A program made the position numbers and the translations under genes. From the NCBI GenBank assembly GCA_902494035.1, contig CABURV010000002.1, positions 530-64,529 of the forward strand: a stretch of 64,000 nucleotides of DNA. The letters run 5' to 3'. A model generated the notes under the pieces. It was not told the origin of the DNA, made no database searches, and saw only the letters and a program-made list of their open reading frames with translations. This document shows, one piece after another, positions 9,693-19,357 of this stretch (within the stretch, counting starts at the first letter, position 1; the number at the start of each line of letters is the position of its first letter). This DNA is from an uncultured Collinsella sp. (GTDB taxonomy: Bacteria > Actinomycetota > Coriobacteriia > Coriobacteriales > Coriobacteriaceae).

Positions 9693-11036
9693 ATGAGCGA
9701 ACCCCTGCGCACCGTGAACGTCGGCCTCATCGGTCTGGGAACCGTCGGCGGCGGCGTGGCCCGTCTGATCAAGAGCCACCACGATGAGTACCTTGCAGCC
9801 TACGGCATCGACCTTAAGCTGACCCGCGCCTGCGCGCTTGCTTGGGAGCAGGCCGAGGCGGCAGGCATTGAGCGCGAGGCCTTTACGAGTGACTGGCACG
9901 ACGTCGTCACCGACCCCGCCGTCGATATCGTCGTCGAGCTCATCGGCGGCGAGCACCCCGCGACCGAGATCTTCACCACCGCCTTCGAGAACGGCAAGCA
10001 TGTCGTCTCTGCCAACAAGGCCCTGCTGGGCCGTCATGTCGAGACGCTCGCCGAGAAGGCGCGCGCGTGCGGCGTGCAGATTAAGTGCGAGGCCAGCTGC
10101 GGCGGCGGCATCCCCATCGTGAGCACGCTCGAGCACGACCTGGTGGGTAACAAGATCCTGACCATCGCCGGCATCCTCAACGGCACCACCAACTACATCC
10201 TGTCGCGCATGGACGCCGAGGGCGCCGATTATGCCGACGTGCTTGCCGACGCGCAGGCCAAGGGCTATGCCGAGGCCGACCCGTCCGCCGATGTCGACGG
10301 CTTCGACGCCGCCAGCAAGACGGCGATCCTCGCCTCCATTGGCTTTGGCACCCGCGTTACCACCGACGATGTGTACCAGCAGGGCATCCGTACCATCGGC
10401 GCCGAGGACATCGCCCAGGCCCGCGAGCTCGGCTACACCATTAAGCTGCTCGGCATCGCCCGCAACACCGACGCCGGCGTCGACGTCCGCGTGCACCCCA
10501 CGCTGATCCCCGCCGACCACATGCTTGCCAAGGTCAATGGCGCCATGAACGCTGTCTACGTGGTAGGCGACGCCGTGGGCGAGACCATGTTCTACGGCGC
10601 GGGCGCAGGCTCCTTCCCCACCGCGAGCGCCGTCGTGGGCGATATCCTGTCGCTCTCCGAGCAGATCAGCCGCGGCGTTGCTCCGCTGCCCGAGATTGAG
10701 CCCTATGGCCACAACCTCGCCTTTAAGCCCATGGACGAGCTCCAGACCAAGTACTATGTGCGCCTGAAGGTCGCCGACCGCGTGGGCGCCCTGTCCGAGA
10801 CGGTCGACATCTTTGCCAAGCACAACATCTCGATCTCGCTCATCAACCAGGTCGAGGACGGCAAGTCGGGCGTCAGCGATGCCTGCTCGGTCATCTTCTT
10901 GACGCACCGCGCGCTCGAGAAGGACGTCCAGGCTGCCGCCGCCGAGCTTGCCAGTGTCGACTGCGTGGCCGAGGTCGCCAACGTCCTGCGCATCGAGGAC
11001 GTCGAGGCCTGGACCGAAGGCGTCATGGCCAACTAG
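9693..11036 (+). CDS. hom: Homoserine dehydrogenase with C-terminal ACT domain
   Basis: GLGTVGGG, SANKA, GILNGTTNYIL, GYAEADPSADVDG, GAGSFPTASAV. Confidence 0.95.
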   Translation: MSEPLRTVNVGLIGLGTVGGGVARLIKSHHDEYLAAYGIDLKLTRACALAWEQAEAAGIEREAFTSDWHDVVTDPAVDIVVELIGGEHPATEIFTTAFENGKHVVSANKALLGRHVETLAEKARACGVQIKCEASCGGGIPIVSTLEHDLVGNKILTIAGILNGTTNYILSRMDAEGADYADVLADAQAKGYAEADPSADVDGFDAASKTAILASIGFGTRVTTDDVYQQGIRTIGAEDIAQARELGYTIKLLGIARNTDAGVDVRVHPTLIPADHMLAKVNGAMNAVYVVGDAVGETMFYGAGAGSFPTASAVVGDILSLSEQISRGVAPLPEIEPYGHNLAFKPMDELQTKYYVRLKVADRVGALSETVDIFAKHNISISLINQVEDGKSGVSDACSVIFLTHRALEKDVQAAAAELASVDCVAEVANVLRIEDVEAWTEGVMAN

Positions 11037-11123
11037 TCCACGACTTCGAACCTCAACGAGGCCCAACGCAAAAGACGCGCTGCCTGCATCAACCGCTGGC
11101 AGCGCGCCTTGTTCTATTTGTAA

Positions 11124-11296
11124 GGGAAACTGCGTCCCGGTTTTTCAGCCCAAAACGGGGCGCAGCTTCCCTCAGGGCCTTCTTTCGGAAACTATGTCCC
11201 ATTCTGGGCGCGGATTTTGGGACGCGCTTTCCGCAAAGACCCCCTCGCGGAAAGCGCGTCCCACTCTGAACGCCAATTCCGGGATGCATTTTCCGC
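11124..11296. repeat. Tandem array of three palindromic units with 62-bp period (REP/BIME-like)
   Basis: Six alternating arms at 11124, 11156, 11185, 11218, 11247, 11280, e.g. tgggacgcgctttccgc / gcggaaagcgcgtccca. Confidence 0.8.
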
Positions 11297-11307
11297 AGCG
11301 GCGTTGG

Positions 11308-12870
11308 CTACTTACCGTCGTCGTCCTGGGCTTCATCGCGCGCGTAGAGCTCCAGCATGCGGCGGCGGTATTCGTGCACGGCGAGCTTGGCGCGCTCCAG
11401 GCGGCGGCGCTCACGCGGAGTCAGCTCGGACGGGTCAACCTCATCACCATAGGTCTTATCGGCAAGAAGACGCGCCGCGTCCACGATGCGGGCATCGATG
11501 TGGCCGCTCGCCGCCTCGGCGGAAAGACGCTCGGCAATCGTATCGAGCGTAGGCAGGCCCTCGAATACGCGACCATGTCCATGCGAGGTTAGCAGCTCGT
11601 GCTCGCGTGCGAGCAGGCTCGCCAAATCGTGATGGGCGCGAAGGATGTCGAGCGCATCGGATGGATGCTCGGCAACCTCCGCCACGGCGGCGACCGGCGC
11701 GGCGTCGACCACGCGGTAGAAGAGCTGCGCGAGCAATGGCATCAAGAACACCGTGATGGCACCGGCTGCAACCATGACCGACGCAATATCTTGCGACAGC
11801 GCGCCCGCGTTGACGGCAACGCTCGTCACGGCAACGATGATCGGAAGCGCCGTGGTGCAGTACAGGGCCACGGTAATGCGACCATACGCCGACACATCGC
11901 GCGTCGCAGGACAAATGCTCATAGAGATGAGAATAGGCACGGCACGAATAATCAGCAACGCCACGATAAAGCCCGCGAGCAAGCCCGGGCGCGACGCCAC
12001 GGCCGTCAGGTCGATCTTTGCGCCCGATACGGTGAAGAACACCGGAATCAAAAAGCCGTAGGCCAGGCCGTCGAGCTTGGTCTCGAGCGTATGGTTGCCC
12101 TCGGGGATGATATAGCGCAGGACAAAGCCGGCGGCAAAAGAACCCAACACGATGTCGAGGTCAAAGATGGCCGAGAACGCCACGAGCGCGACCAAGATGA
12201 GCACCGTCAGGCGCACGAAGGTCTGCGACGTGGTATCGGCGCGTTCCTCGACAAACGAAAAGAAGCGGCTGCCGACGCGCCTGGAACGACTTGGGACCAC
12301 GGCCAGCAGCACGCAGACCACAGCAAACAAGCCAAGAATCACGAGCGTCTGGATGCCGGTGCGGGCAGACAGCAGCACCGACATGGCGAGCACGGGACCG
12401 AGTTCGCCCCAAGTGCCATACGCGAGAATCGAGTCGCCAACGCGCGTGCCGGTGAGCGAGCGCTCACGCATGATGGGCACAAGCGTGCCGAGCGCCGTCG
12501 AAGTCAAGGCGAGCGTCACGGCGATACCGTCGAAATGGCTGACCGAGAACCACGGCGTAAAGCGCACGGCAAGCCAAGCGATACCAAACGTGACGACCCA
12601 CGTCGCCATACCGTAGCGTCCCTCGACGCCGGTGATGTTCTTGGGGTCGATCTCAAAGCCGGCGAGCAGGAACAAAAAGGCCAGGCCCAGCTCGGACACC
12701 AGCGAGACCTCGGCATCTACATGGATAAGGCCGAGCATATGCGGGCCCAGCACAGCACCGAACACGAGCAAAAAGACCGTTTCGGGAACGGGTTTTCCGG
12801 GAATCGCCGAGGCGATGAAGGGGCTTGCAAAGGCCACGAGCGCGATGATGGCGAGTGAAACGAATGCCAT
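11308..12870 (-). CDS. Cation:proton antiporter (CPA2-like) with soluble C-terminal tail
   Basis: GAVLGP, LFLLAGFEID, LTSTALG, LGSFAAG, FLIPVFF. Confidence 0.85.
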   Translation of the reverse strand: MAFVSLAIIALVAFASPFIASAIPGKPVPETVFLLVFGAVLGPHMLGLIHVDAEVSLVSELGLAFLFLLAGFEIDPKNITGVEGRYGMATWVVTFGIAWLAVRFTPWFSVSHFDGIAVTLALTSTALGTLVPIMRERSLTGTRVGDSILAYGTWGELGPVLAMSVLLSARTGIQTLVILGLFAVVCVLLAVVPSRSRRVGSRFFSFVEERADTTSQTFVRLTVLILVALVAFSAIFDLDIVLGSFAAGFVLRYIIPEGNHTLETKLDGLAYGFLIPVFFTVSGAKIDLTAVASRPGLLAGFIVALLIIRAVPILISMSICPATRDVSAYGRITVALYCTTALPIIVAVTSVAVNAGALSQDIASVMVAAGAITVFLMPLLAQLFYRVVDAAPVAAVAEVAEHPSDALDILRAHHDLASLLAREHELLTSHGHGRVFEGLPTLDTIAERLSAEAASGHIDARIVDAARLLADKTYGDEVDPSELTPRERRRLERAKLAVHEYRRRMLELYARDEAQDDDGK

Positions 12871-13054
12871 GTGATGCCTTTCTCTTGTTTGCGCTTCACT
12901 GTAGCACCCTCGCCGTCCTCAACGCGCCGCGAGCTGTCGTATCATAGTGAGGTTTACAAACATGTGGCTCAAGGCGACCGCAGGGCAGACCCCGCAAACC
13001 GACCGCTGCCGCATACCGTACCGTACGCCCAACCGATCAGGAAGGCAGGAACCA

Positions 13055-16000
13055 ATGGTCTCTCGTATCTACGTGGAGAAGAAACCCGGGTTCGACGTCG
13101 AGGCTCAGCAGCTCAAGGGCGAGCTGACCGAGATTCTCGGCATCAAGGGCATCGAGGCCCTGAGGATCATCAACCGCTACGACGTCGAGGGCATCGACGA
13201 GGAGCTTTTCCGCTCCTGCGTGCCGACCGTCTTTAGCGAGCCCCAGGTCGATGTGACCTATGACGAGCTCCCCGCAAGCGATGGCGCCGTCTTTGCCGTC
13301 GAATTCCTGCCTGGCCAGTTTGACCAGCGCGCCGACTCCGCCAGCGAGTGCGTGCAGCTCATCAGCCAGGGCGAGCGCCCCGCCGTGCGCTCCGCCAAGG
13401 TCTATATGATCTCGGGCGCTCTGGACGAAACCGCCATCGAGGCCATCAAGCACTACGTGGTGAACCCCGTCGAGGCGCGCATCGCCTCGCTCGACCTGCC
13501 CGAGACGCTGTACATGGAGACCCCCGAGCCCCAGCCCGTCGAGGTGCTCGACGGCTTCCGCGAGCTCGATGAGGCCGGCCTTGCCGCCTTTATCTCCGAG
13601 CGCGGTCTTGCCATGGACGAGGCAGACATCGCCTTCTGCCAGCAGTACTTCCGCGATGAGGATCGCGACCCCACCATCACCGAGATCCGCGTGATCGACA
13701 CCTACTGGTCCGACCACTGCCGCCACACCACCTTCGGCACCGTCCTGGACGACGTGACGATCGACGACGCCGTGGTGCAGCAGGCTTTCGACCGCTACAT
13801 GGAGATGCGCCACGAGCTCGGTCGCGACGCCAAGCCCGTCTGCCTCATGGACATGGGCACCATCGGCGCCAAGTACCTTAAGAAGACCGGCGTCATGACC
13901 GATGTCGACGAGTCCGAGGAGATCAACGCCTGCACCGTCAAGGTGAAGGTCGATGTCGACGGCGAGGACCAGGACTGGCTGTTCCTGTTTAAGAACGAGA
14001 CCCACAACCACCCGACCGAGATCGAGCCCTTCGGCGGTGCCGCCACCTGCGTGGGCGGCGCCATCCGCGACCCGCTCTCGGGCCGCAGCTACGTGTACCA
14101 GGCCATGCGTGTCACCGGCGCCGGCGACCCCACCGTCCCCGTGTCCGAGACGCTCGAGGGCAAGCTGCCGCAGCGCAAGCTCGTGACCACTGCCGCCGCC
14201 GGCTACTCCAGCTACGGCAACCAGATCGGCCTTGCCACCGGCCAGGTCAACGAGCTCTATCACCCCGGCTACGTGGCCAAGCGCATGGAGGTCGGCGCCG
14301 TCGTGGGCGCTACCCCGGCAAACCACGTGCGCCGCGAGTGCCCCGCCCCCACCGACAAGATCATTCTGCTGGGCGGCCGCACCGGCCGTGACGGCATCGG
14401 TGGTGCCACCGGCTCCTCCAAGACCCAGAACACCGAGTCCATCGAGACCTCGGGCGCCGAGGTCCAGAAGGGCAACGCCCCGGTCGAGCGCAAGCTGCAG
14501 CGTCTGTTCCGCCGCGGCGACGCCTGCCGCCTGATCAAGCGCTGCAACGACTTTGGCGCCGGCGGCGTCTCGGTCGCCGTGGGTGAGCTTGCCGACGGCC
14601 TGTATGTCGACCTGGACACCGTGACCAAGAAGTACGACGGCCTGGACGGCACCGAGCTCGCCATCTCCGAGTCCCAGGAGCGTATGGCCTGCGCCGTCGC
14701 CGATGGTGACGTCGAGGAGTTCATGGGCTACGCCGCCGAGGAGAACCTGGAGGCGACCGTTATCGCCGAGGTTACCGCCGAGCCGCGCATGCGCATGGCC
14801 TGGAACGGTGTCGCCATCGTCGACCTATCCCGCGAGTTCCTTAACTCCAACGGCGCGCCCAAGCACCAGGTCGCCCACGTGTGCGCCCGCAGCGTGTGGC
14901 AGCCCAGCTGGGCCGGCACCACGCTTGCCGAGCGCATGACCTCGCTTGTCACCGACCTCAACGTTGCCTCCAACAAGGGCCTTTCCGAGCGCTTCGACTC
15001 CACCATCGGTGCCGCAACCGTGCTTATGCCTTTTGGCGGCAAAACGCAGCTCACCCCGAGCTCGGCCATGGTCGCCAAGTTCCCCGTGGACGGCGAGACC
15101 ACCACGGCAAGCGCCATGGCATGGGGCTTCAACCCCTATCTGATGGAGGCCGACCAGTTTGCGGGCGCCTACCTGTCCGTGGTCGAGTCCATCGCCAAGC
15201 TCGTGGCTGCCGGCTTTGAGCACAAGCGCGCCTATCTCTCCTTCCAGGAGTACTTCGAGCGTCTGCGCACCGAGGCCGAGCGCTGGGGCAAGCCCACGGC
15301 AGCCGTCCTGGGCGCTCTCATGGCCCAAGTCGACCTGGGTGCCGGCGCCATCGGTGGCAAGGATTCCATGAGCGGCTCGTTTGAGGACGAGGCCGGCGAG
15401 CTCAACGTTCCGCCGACTCTGATCAGCTTCGCTGTCGCCGTGGGCCGCGCGGCGCGCGCCGTCTCCCCTGAGTTCAAGGGCCTGACGCACCGCGTCGTCC
15501 GCATCGCCCCCGCCACCTACGGTGAGGACTACCGTCCCGATGCCCAGCAGCTGCTCGCCGCGTTTGACGCCGTCGAGGCGCTCACCGCCACCGGCGATGC
15601 CTTGGCCGTCTCCACACCCGGCTACGGCTGCGGCGCCGAGAGCCTCTTTAAGATGTGTGTCGGCAACCAGATCGGTATCGAGCTTGCCGAGGATGTGGAC
15701 GTGGAGAGCCTCTTCACCCCGCTCTACGGCAGCTTTATCGTCGAGCTTGCCGACGATGCCGAGCTGCCCGAGGTCGCCGACGGCGTTGTCGTCGAGCCCC
15801 TGGGCACCACCGTCGAGGGCTATGTCATCGACACCGGCTCCGAGGTCATCGAGCTCGCCGAGCTCCAGGAGGCCTGGGAGAGCGGCATCGAGGGCGTCTT
15901 CGCCTACCGCAGCGCCGGCGAGACCCCCGAGGTCGAGACCATCGACTTCCGCGCCAAGGATATCCACGTGTACGGCGGCGCCAAGATCGCCCGCCCGCGC

Positions 16001-16801
16001 GTGATTATCCCCGTGTTCCCCGGCAACAACTGCGAGTACGACAGCGCCCGCGCCTTCCGTGCCGCCGGTGCCGAGGCCGACACCTTCGTGATTAACAACC
16101 TCACGCCCGAGGCCGTCGCCGAGAGCACCCACGAGCTTGCCCGCCGCATCCGTGCAAGCCAGATCGTCATGATCCCCGGCGGCTTCTCGGGCGGCGACGA
16201 GCCCGACGGCTCCGCCAAGTTCATCACGGCGTTCTTCCGCGCTCCCGAGGTCACCGAGGCAGTCCGCGACCTGCTCAAGGCCCGCGATGGCCTGATGCTG
16301 GGCATCTGCAACGGCTTCCAGGCCCTGATCAAGCTCGGCCTGGTGCCCTACGGCGACATCGTCGACGCCACGCCCGATGCGCCCACGCTGACGTTCAACA
16401 CCATCGGTCGCCACCAGAGCCGTCTGGTGCGCACCCGCATCTCGTCCAACTTGTCCCCGTGGCTGTCGCAGTGCAGCCTGGACGACCCCTACACCGTCGC
16501 CATCAGCCACGGCGAGGGCCGCTTTGTCGCCAACGACGAGGTACTCGCCCAGCTTATCGCCAACGGCCAGGTCGCCACGCAGTACGTGGGCGAGGACGGC
16601 AAGCCCAGCATGGATCTTTCCGTCAACCCCAACGGCTCCGCACTCGCCATCGAGGGCATCACGAGCCCCGACGGCCGCGTCCTGGGCAAGATGGGCCATG
16701 CCGAGCGTCGCGGCGACAACCTGTATCGCAACGTGCCCGAGCATGTCCCCGGCGATAAGTTCATGCCAATCTTTGAGAGCGGCGTGGCCTACTTCGCTTA
16801 A
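13055..16801 (+). CDS. purL: Phosphoribosylformylglycinamidine synthase (fused large type)
   Basis: MVSRIYVEKK, YWSDHCRH, ETHNHPTEIEPFGGAAT, DFGAGG, GGFSGGD, GICNGFQ, MGHAER; AGGA RBS before ATG 13055. Confidence 0.97.
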   Translation: MVSRIYVEKKPGFDVEAQQLKGELTEILGIKGIEALRIINRYDVEGIDEELFRSCVPTVFSEPQVDVTYDELPASDGAVFAVEFLPGQFDQRADSASECVQLISQGERPAVRSAKVYMISGALDETAIEAIKHYVVNPVEARIASLDLPETLYMETPEPQPVEVLDGFRELDEAGLAAFISERGLAMDEADIAFCQQYFRDEDRDPTITEIRVIDTYWSDHCRHTTFGTVLDDVTIDDAVVQQAFDRYMEMRHELGRDAKPVCLMDMGTIGAKYLKKTGVMTDVDESEEINACTVKVKVDVDGEDQDWLFLFKNETHNHPTEIEPFGGAATCVGGAIRDPLSGRSYVYQAMRVTGAGDPTVPVSETLEGKLPQRKLVTTAAAGYSSYGNQIGLATGQVNELYHPGYVAKRMEVGAVVGATPANHVRRECPAPTDKIILLGGRTGRDGIGGATGSSKTQNTESIETSGAEVQKGNAPVERKLQRLFRRGDACRLIKRCNDFGAGGVSVAVGELADGLYVDLDTVTKKYDGLDGTELAISESQERMACAVADGDVEEFMGYAAEENLEATVIAEVTAEPRMRMAWNGVAIVDLSREFLNSNGAPKHQVAHVCARSVWQPSWAGTTLAERMTSLVTDLNVASNKGLSERFDSTIGAATVLMPFGGKTQLTPSSAMVAKFPVDGETTTASAMAWGFNPYLMEADQFAGAYLSVVESIAKLVAAGFEHKRAYLSFQEYFERLRTEAERWGKPTAAVLGALMAQVDLGAGAIGGKDSMSGSFEDEAGELNVPPTLISFAVAVGRAARAVSPEFKGLTHRVVRIAPATYGEDYRPDAQQLLAAFDAVEALTATGDALAVSTPGYGCGAESLFKMCVGNQIGIELAEDVDVESLFTPLYGSFIVELADDAELPEVADGVVVEPLGTTVEGYVIDTGSEVIELAELQEAWESGIEGVFAYRSAGETPEVETIDFRAKDIHVYGGAKIARPRVIIPVFPGNNCEYDSARAFRAAGAEADTFVINNLTPEAVAESTHELARRIRASQIVMIPGGFSGGDEPDGSAKFITAFFRAPEVTEAVRDLLKARDGLMLGICNGFQALIKLGLVPYGDIVDATPDAPTLTFNTIGRHQSRLVRTRISSNLSPWLSQCSLDDPYTVAISHGEGRFVANDEVLAQLIANGQVATQYVGEDGKPSMDLSVNPNGSALAIEGITSPDGRVLGKMGHAERRGDNLYRNVPEHVPGDKFMPIFESGVAYFA

Positions 16802-16838
16802 ACCTTTCCCATCGGGTACAATCCCTTCGGGTAACAAC

Positions 16839-16875
16839 ACCCGCCACCGACACATCCGGTGGCGGGTTCTTTTTT
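16839..16875 (+). terminator. Rho-independent terminator after purL
   Basis: acccgccaccg / cggtggcgggt followed by a T-tract. Confidence 0.85.
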
Positions 16876-16900
16876 GCTTCGCGCATGTAGGAAGGACATC

Positions 16901-17836
16901 ATGGAAAGCCGCAAGCCGCATCTCGCCACCCTGCCCGGACTCATCCTGGGCTGTCTTGTTTGCTGTGCACTCTGGGGATCGGCCTTTCCCTGCATCAAGA
17001 TCGGCTACGCACTCTTTGGTATCCCGGCGCACGACAGCGCTTCGCAGCTGCTCTTTGCAGGTTTACGCTTTACGCTTGCCGGCGCCCTGGTTATCGTTGG
17101 GATGAGCGCGGCCCAACGCCGCCCTCTCATACCGCAAGCGCGCGACATCAAGCCCATCTTTGTCTTGTCGCTCTTCCAGACTATCGGGCAGTACTTCTTT
17201 TTCTATCTGGGCCTCTCGCGCGCCAGCGCCATGTCGAGCTCCATCATCGAGGCCAGCGCCAACTTCCTCGCAATCCTCTTTGCCGCCCTGGCATTTCACA
17301 CCGAGAAGCTCAATACGGCCAAGGTGCTTGGCTGTGCGCTGGGCTTTGCCGGCGTCGCGCTCGTCAACCTTTCGGGCGCAGATGGCACCTTTGGCTTCAG
17401 GCTCGATGGCGAGGGCTTTATCCTAGCCTCCACTGTCGCGGGTGCTCTTTCGACCTGCCTGATCGGCATCTTCTCGCGCAAGCACGACGGTGTTTTGCTT
17501 GCCGGCTGGCAGTTTTTAGTCGGCGGCCTGGTCCTCACCGCCATCGGCTTTTTGATGGGTGGCGCGCTCTCCCCCACGGCGATTGTCCCCGCCATCGTGC
17601 TCATCATCTACATGGCGCTTATCTCCGCGGTCGCCTACTCGCTGTGGTCGCGCCTGCTTGCCGTCAACCCCGTCAGCCGCGTCTCGGTCTTTGGGTTTAT
17701 GAACCCCGTCTTTGGTGTGCTGCTGAGCGCGCTGCTGCTCGGCGAAGGCGCGGGCACGAGCCCCGTTACCGTCATCGTTGCCCTGCTGTTGGTCTGCGGC
17801 GGCATCATCATCGTCAACAAACCCAAAAAAGCCTAG
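16901..17836 (+). CDS. DMT/EamA family transporter
   Basis: LWGSAFPCIK, FAGLRFTLAG, SAVAYSLW, MNPVFGVLLSALLLGE; about 10 TM. Confidence 0.88.
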   Translation: MESRKPHLATLPGLILGCLVCCALWGSAFPCIKIGYALFGIPAHDSASQLLFAGLRFTLAGALVIVGMSAAQRRPLIPQARDIKPIFVLSLFQTIGQYFFFYLGLSRASAMSSSIIEASANFLAILFAALAFHTEKLNTAKVLGCALGFAGVALVNLSGADGTFGFRLDGEGFILASTVAGALSTCLIGIFSRKHDGVLLAGWQFLVGGLVLTAIGFLMGGALSPTAIVPAIVLIIYMALISAVAYSLWSRLLAVNPVSRVSVFGFMNPVFGVLLSALLLGEGAGTSPVTVIVALLLVCGGIIIVNKPKKA

Positions 17837-17985
17837 CGAGCTCACCTTTTTAGGGAGGGCATTCGCATACTTTAGCTTAATGGAGCACACTGGTTCTCGT
17901 TGATTTCGTATCGAGTCGCGGCGGCAGACGCCCGTCTTGCCGCACCGCGCCTGGGCATTATGGCCGGTGGCCCCCCCACAAACGC

Positions 17986-18025
17986 AAAAGGGGCGCACGA
18001 CCAAACACGGTCGTATGCCCCTTTT
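17986..18025. terminator. Bidirectional terminator between convergent genes
   Basis: aaaaggggcgcacgacc / ggtcgtatgcccctttt. Confidence 0.75.
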
Positions 18026-19168
18026 CTAGCGTATTTGTACGCCGGCTTTCTTTTTCTCGGCCTTGACGCGATAGAGCTCTGCATCGGCAGCGCGAAGTAA
18101 GTCTTGCCAGGTATCAACACTATCGCCGAACCGCGCGTAACCGATGGACATCCGCAATGCATACGGTACCTCGGCACGAGCGAGCTCGTCGTCAATCGCC
18201 GAACACAGGTCTATGATGTCCTGTTCCGCCGCGGCCTTTTGGAGCACCACAAACTCATCGCCACCATAACGTGCGATAAAGCCACCAGCCGGCGAGCAGA
18301 CGTCCTTGAGCGCCGTCGCAACAACCTGAAGAGCATGGTCGCCCTCAACATGTCCATAGTGATCGTTAATCTGCTTAAAACCGTCAGCATCCATCATCAG
18401 CAGATACACACCCTCGGCCTGGTCAGTACCCGAGAACAGCGACAGCATATAGGTCTCAAAACGGTTGCGATTGTTAAGGCCAGTCAACGGGTCGGTCGAG
18501 ATCAGCTGCTCCTGGCAGATGATGTAGAGCAGCAGGATGCTCAGCGTTATACCGACACAAAGGCCCGGTATCGAAAACACCACCTGGAAGGTACCACCCA
18601 CCAGAGCGGGAACCGCAAAGAAGGCAAGAGTGCGATAAATGGCCTTCTTTTGCAGGCTTTCGGCTTTTCGAGCATGGACAAAGGCATGCAGGGACGTATA
18701 TATGACGTAGCAGTAGCTAACAATAGGCTGAATCATATAAGCCGCACCGCGACGATATACGCCCTGTGCATCGATGTAGAACAGGGCGTGTGTCCAGTAG
18801 CTTGTAAACGCCAACACAACCACCAGCACCGTCGGAAGCGTCGCGAGCACCACCCTGGAGCGCGTGGTCAGAAGTCGAGAGCCCTGCATCGTCTCGGAAT
18901 AGATGAACCAGATGAGGCACGCGATGGCAAACAGCGAAAACGAAACCGCGTTGGAAACCCAGTTGGCAGCGATGCCCAAGGAGGTGTTAACCCCGTCCGA
19001 GAGCGTCCAGATCATATCGAAGAAGACATAGGCGGCAGATGTGTAGCCGAGCATACTGAACAAAAGCTGCTGGGTGCTCGAGAACAGGGAGCGACGGCTT
19101 CGTGCGGCAAGTACGATAAGAATAATCATGCACAGCATAAATATCTCGATCTTGAGTGCCTTAACCAC
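18026..19168 (-). CDS. Membrane-bound diguanylate cyclase (GGDEF)
   Basis: About 7 N-terminal TM segments; DPLTGLNNR, DADGFKQINDHYGHVEGD, ARYGGDEF. Confidence 0.9.
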   Translation of the reverse strand: MVKALKIEIFMLCMIILIVLAARSRRSLFSSTQQLLFSMLGYTSAAYVFFDMIWTLSDGVNTSLGIAANWVSNAVSFSLFAIACLIWFIYSETMQGSRLLTTRSRVVLATLPTVLVVVLAFTSYWTHALFYIDAQGVYRRGAAYMIQPIVSYCYVIYTSLHAFVHARKAESLQKKAIYRTLAFFAVPALVGGTFQVVFSIPGLCVGITLSILLLYIICQEQLISTDPLTGLNNRNRFETYMLSLFSGTDQAEGVYLLMMDADGFKQINDHYGHVEGDHALQVVATALKDVCSPAGGFIARYGGDEFVVLQKAAAEQDIIDLCSAIDDELARAEVPYALRMSIGYARFGDSVDTWQDLLRAADAELYRVKAEKKKAGVQIR

Positions 19169-19265
19169 TAGGTCCCATCCCCTCTATATCCAAGTCGCCA
19201 GAATCGCCCGAGTCATGCCCGGGCACCAAACACCCCTTACTCCGCAGGGGTAAAGGGAATAATAG

Positions 19266-19313
19266 CAGAGCGTCCGAATGACTCTGGATAACAGATGCCG
19301 TTCGGACGCTCTG
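19266..19313. terminator. Inverted repeat downstream of kdgT
   Basis: cagagcgtccgaa / ttcggacgctctg, 13-bp arms. Confidence 0.5.
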
Positions 19314-19357
19314 ATGGCGCGAATTGCACGCACCGTTTCACTGATTCGAAGAGACGA

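Noticed and set aside
11124..11296. 62-bp periodic array read as a CRISPR array
   Set aside because: Repeats are degenerate and alternate in orientation, spacers are only 14-16 nt, and there are no cas genes
12900..13054. Possible purine or ZTP riboswitch in the purL leader
   Set aside because: Conserved cores of these riboswitches were not found
17939..17958. gccgcaccgcgcctgggca resembling the 3' end of a ZTP riboswitch
   Set aside because: 5' half not recognisable and it lies between convergent genes with no downstream gene to control
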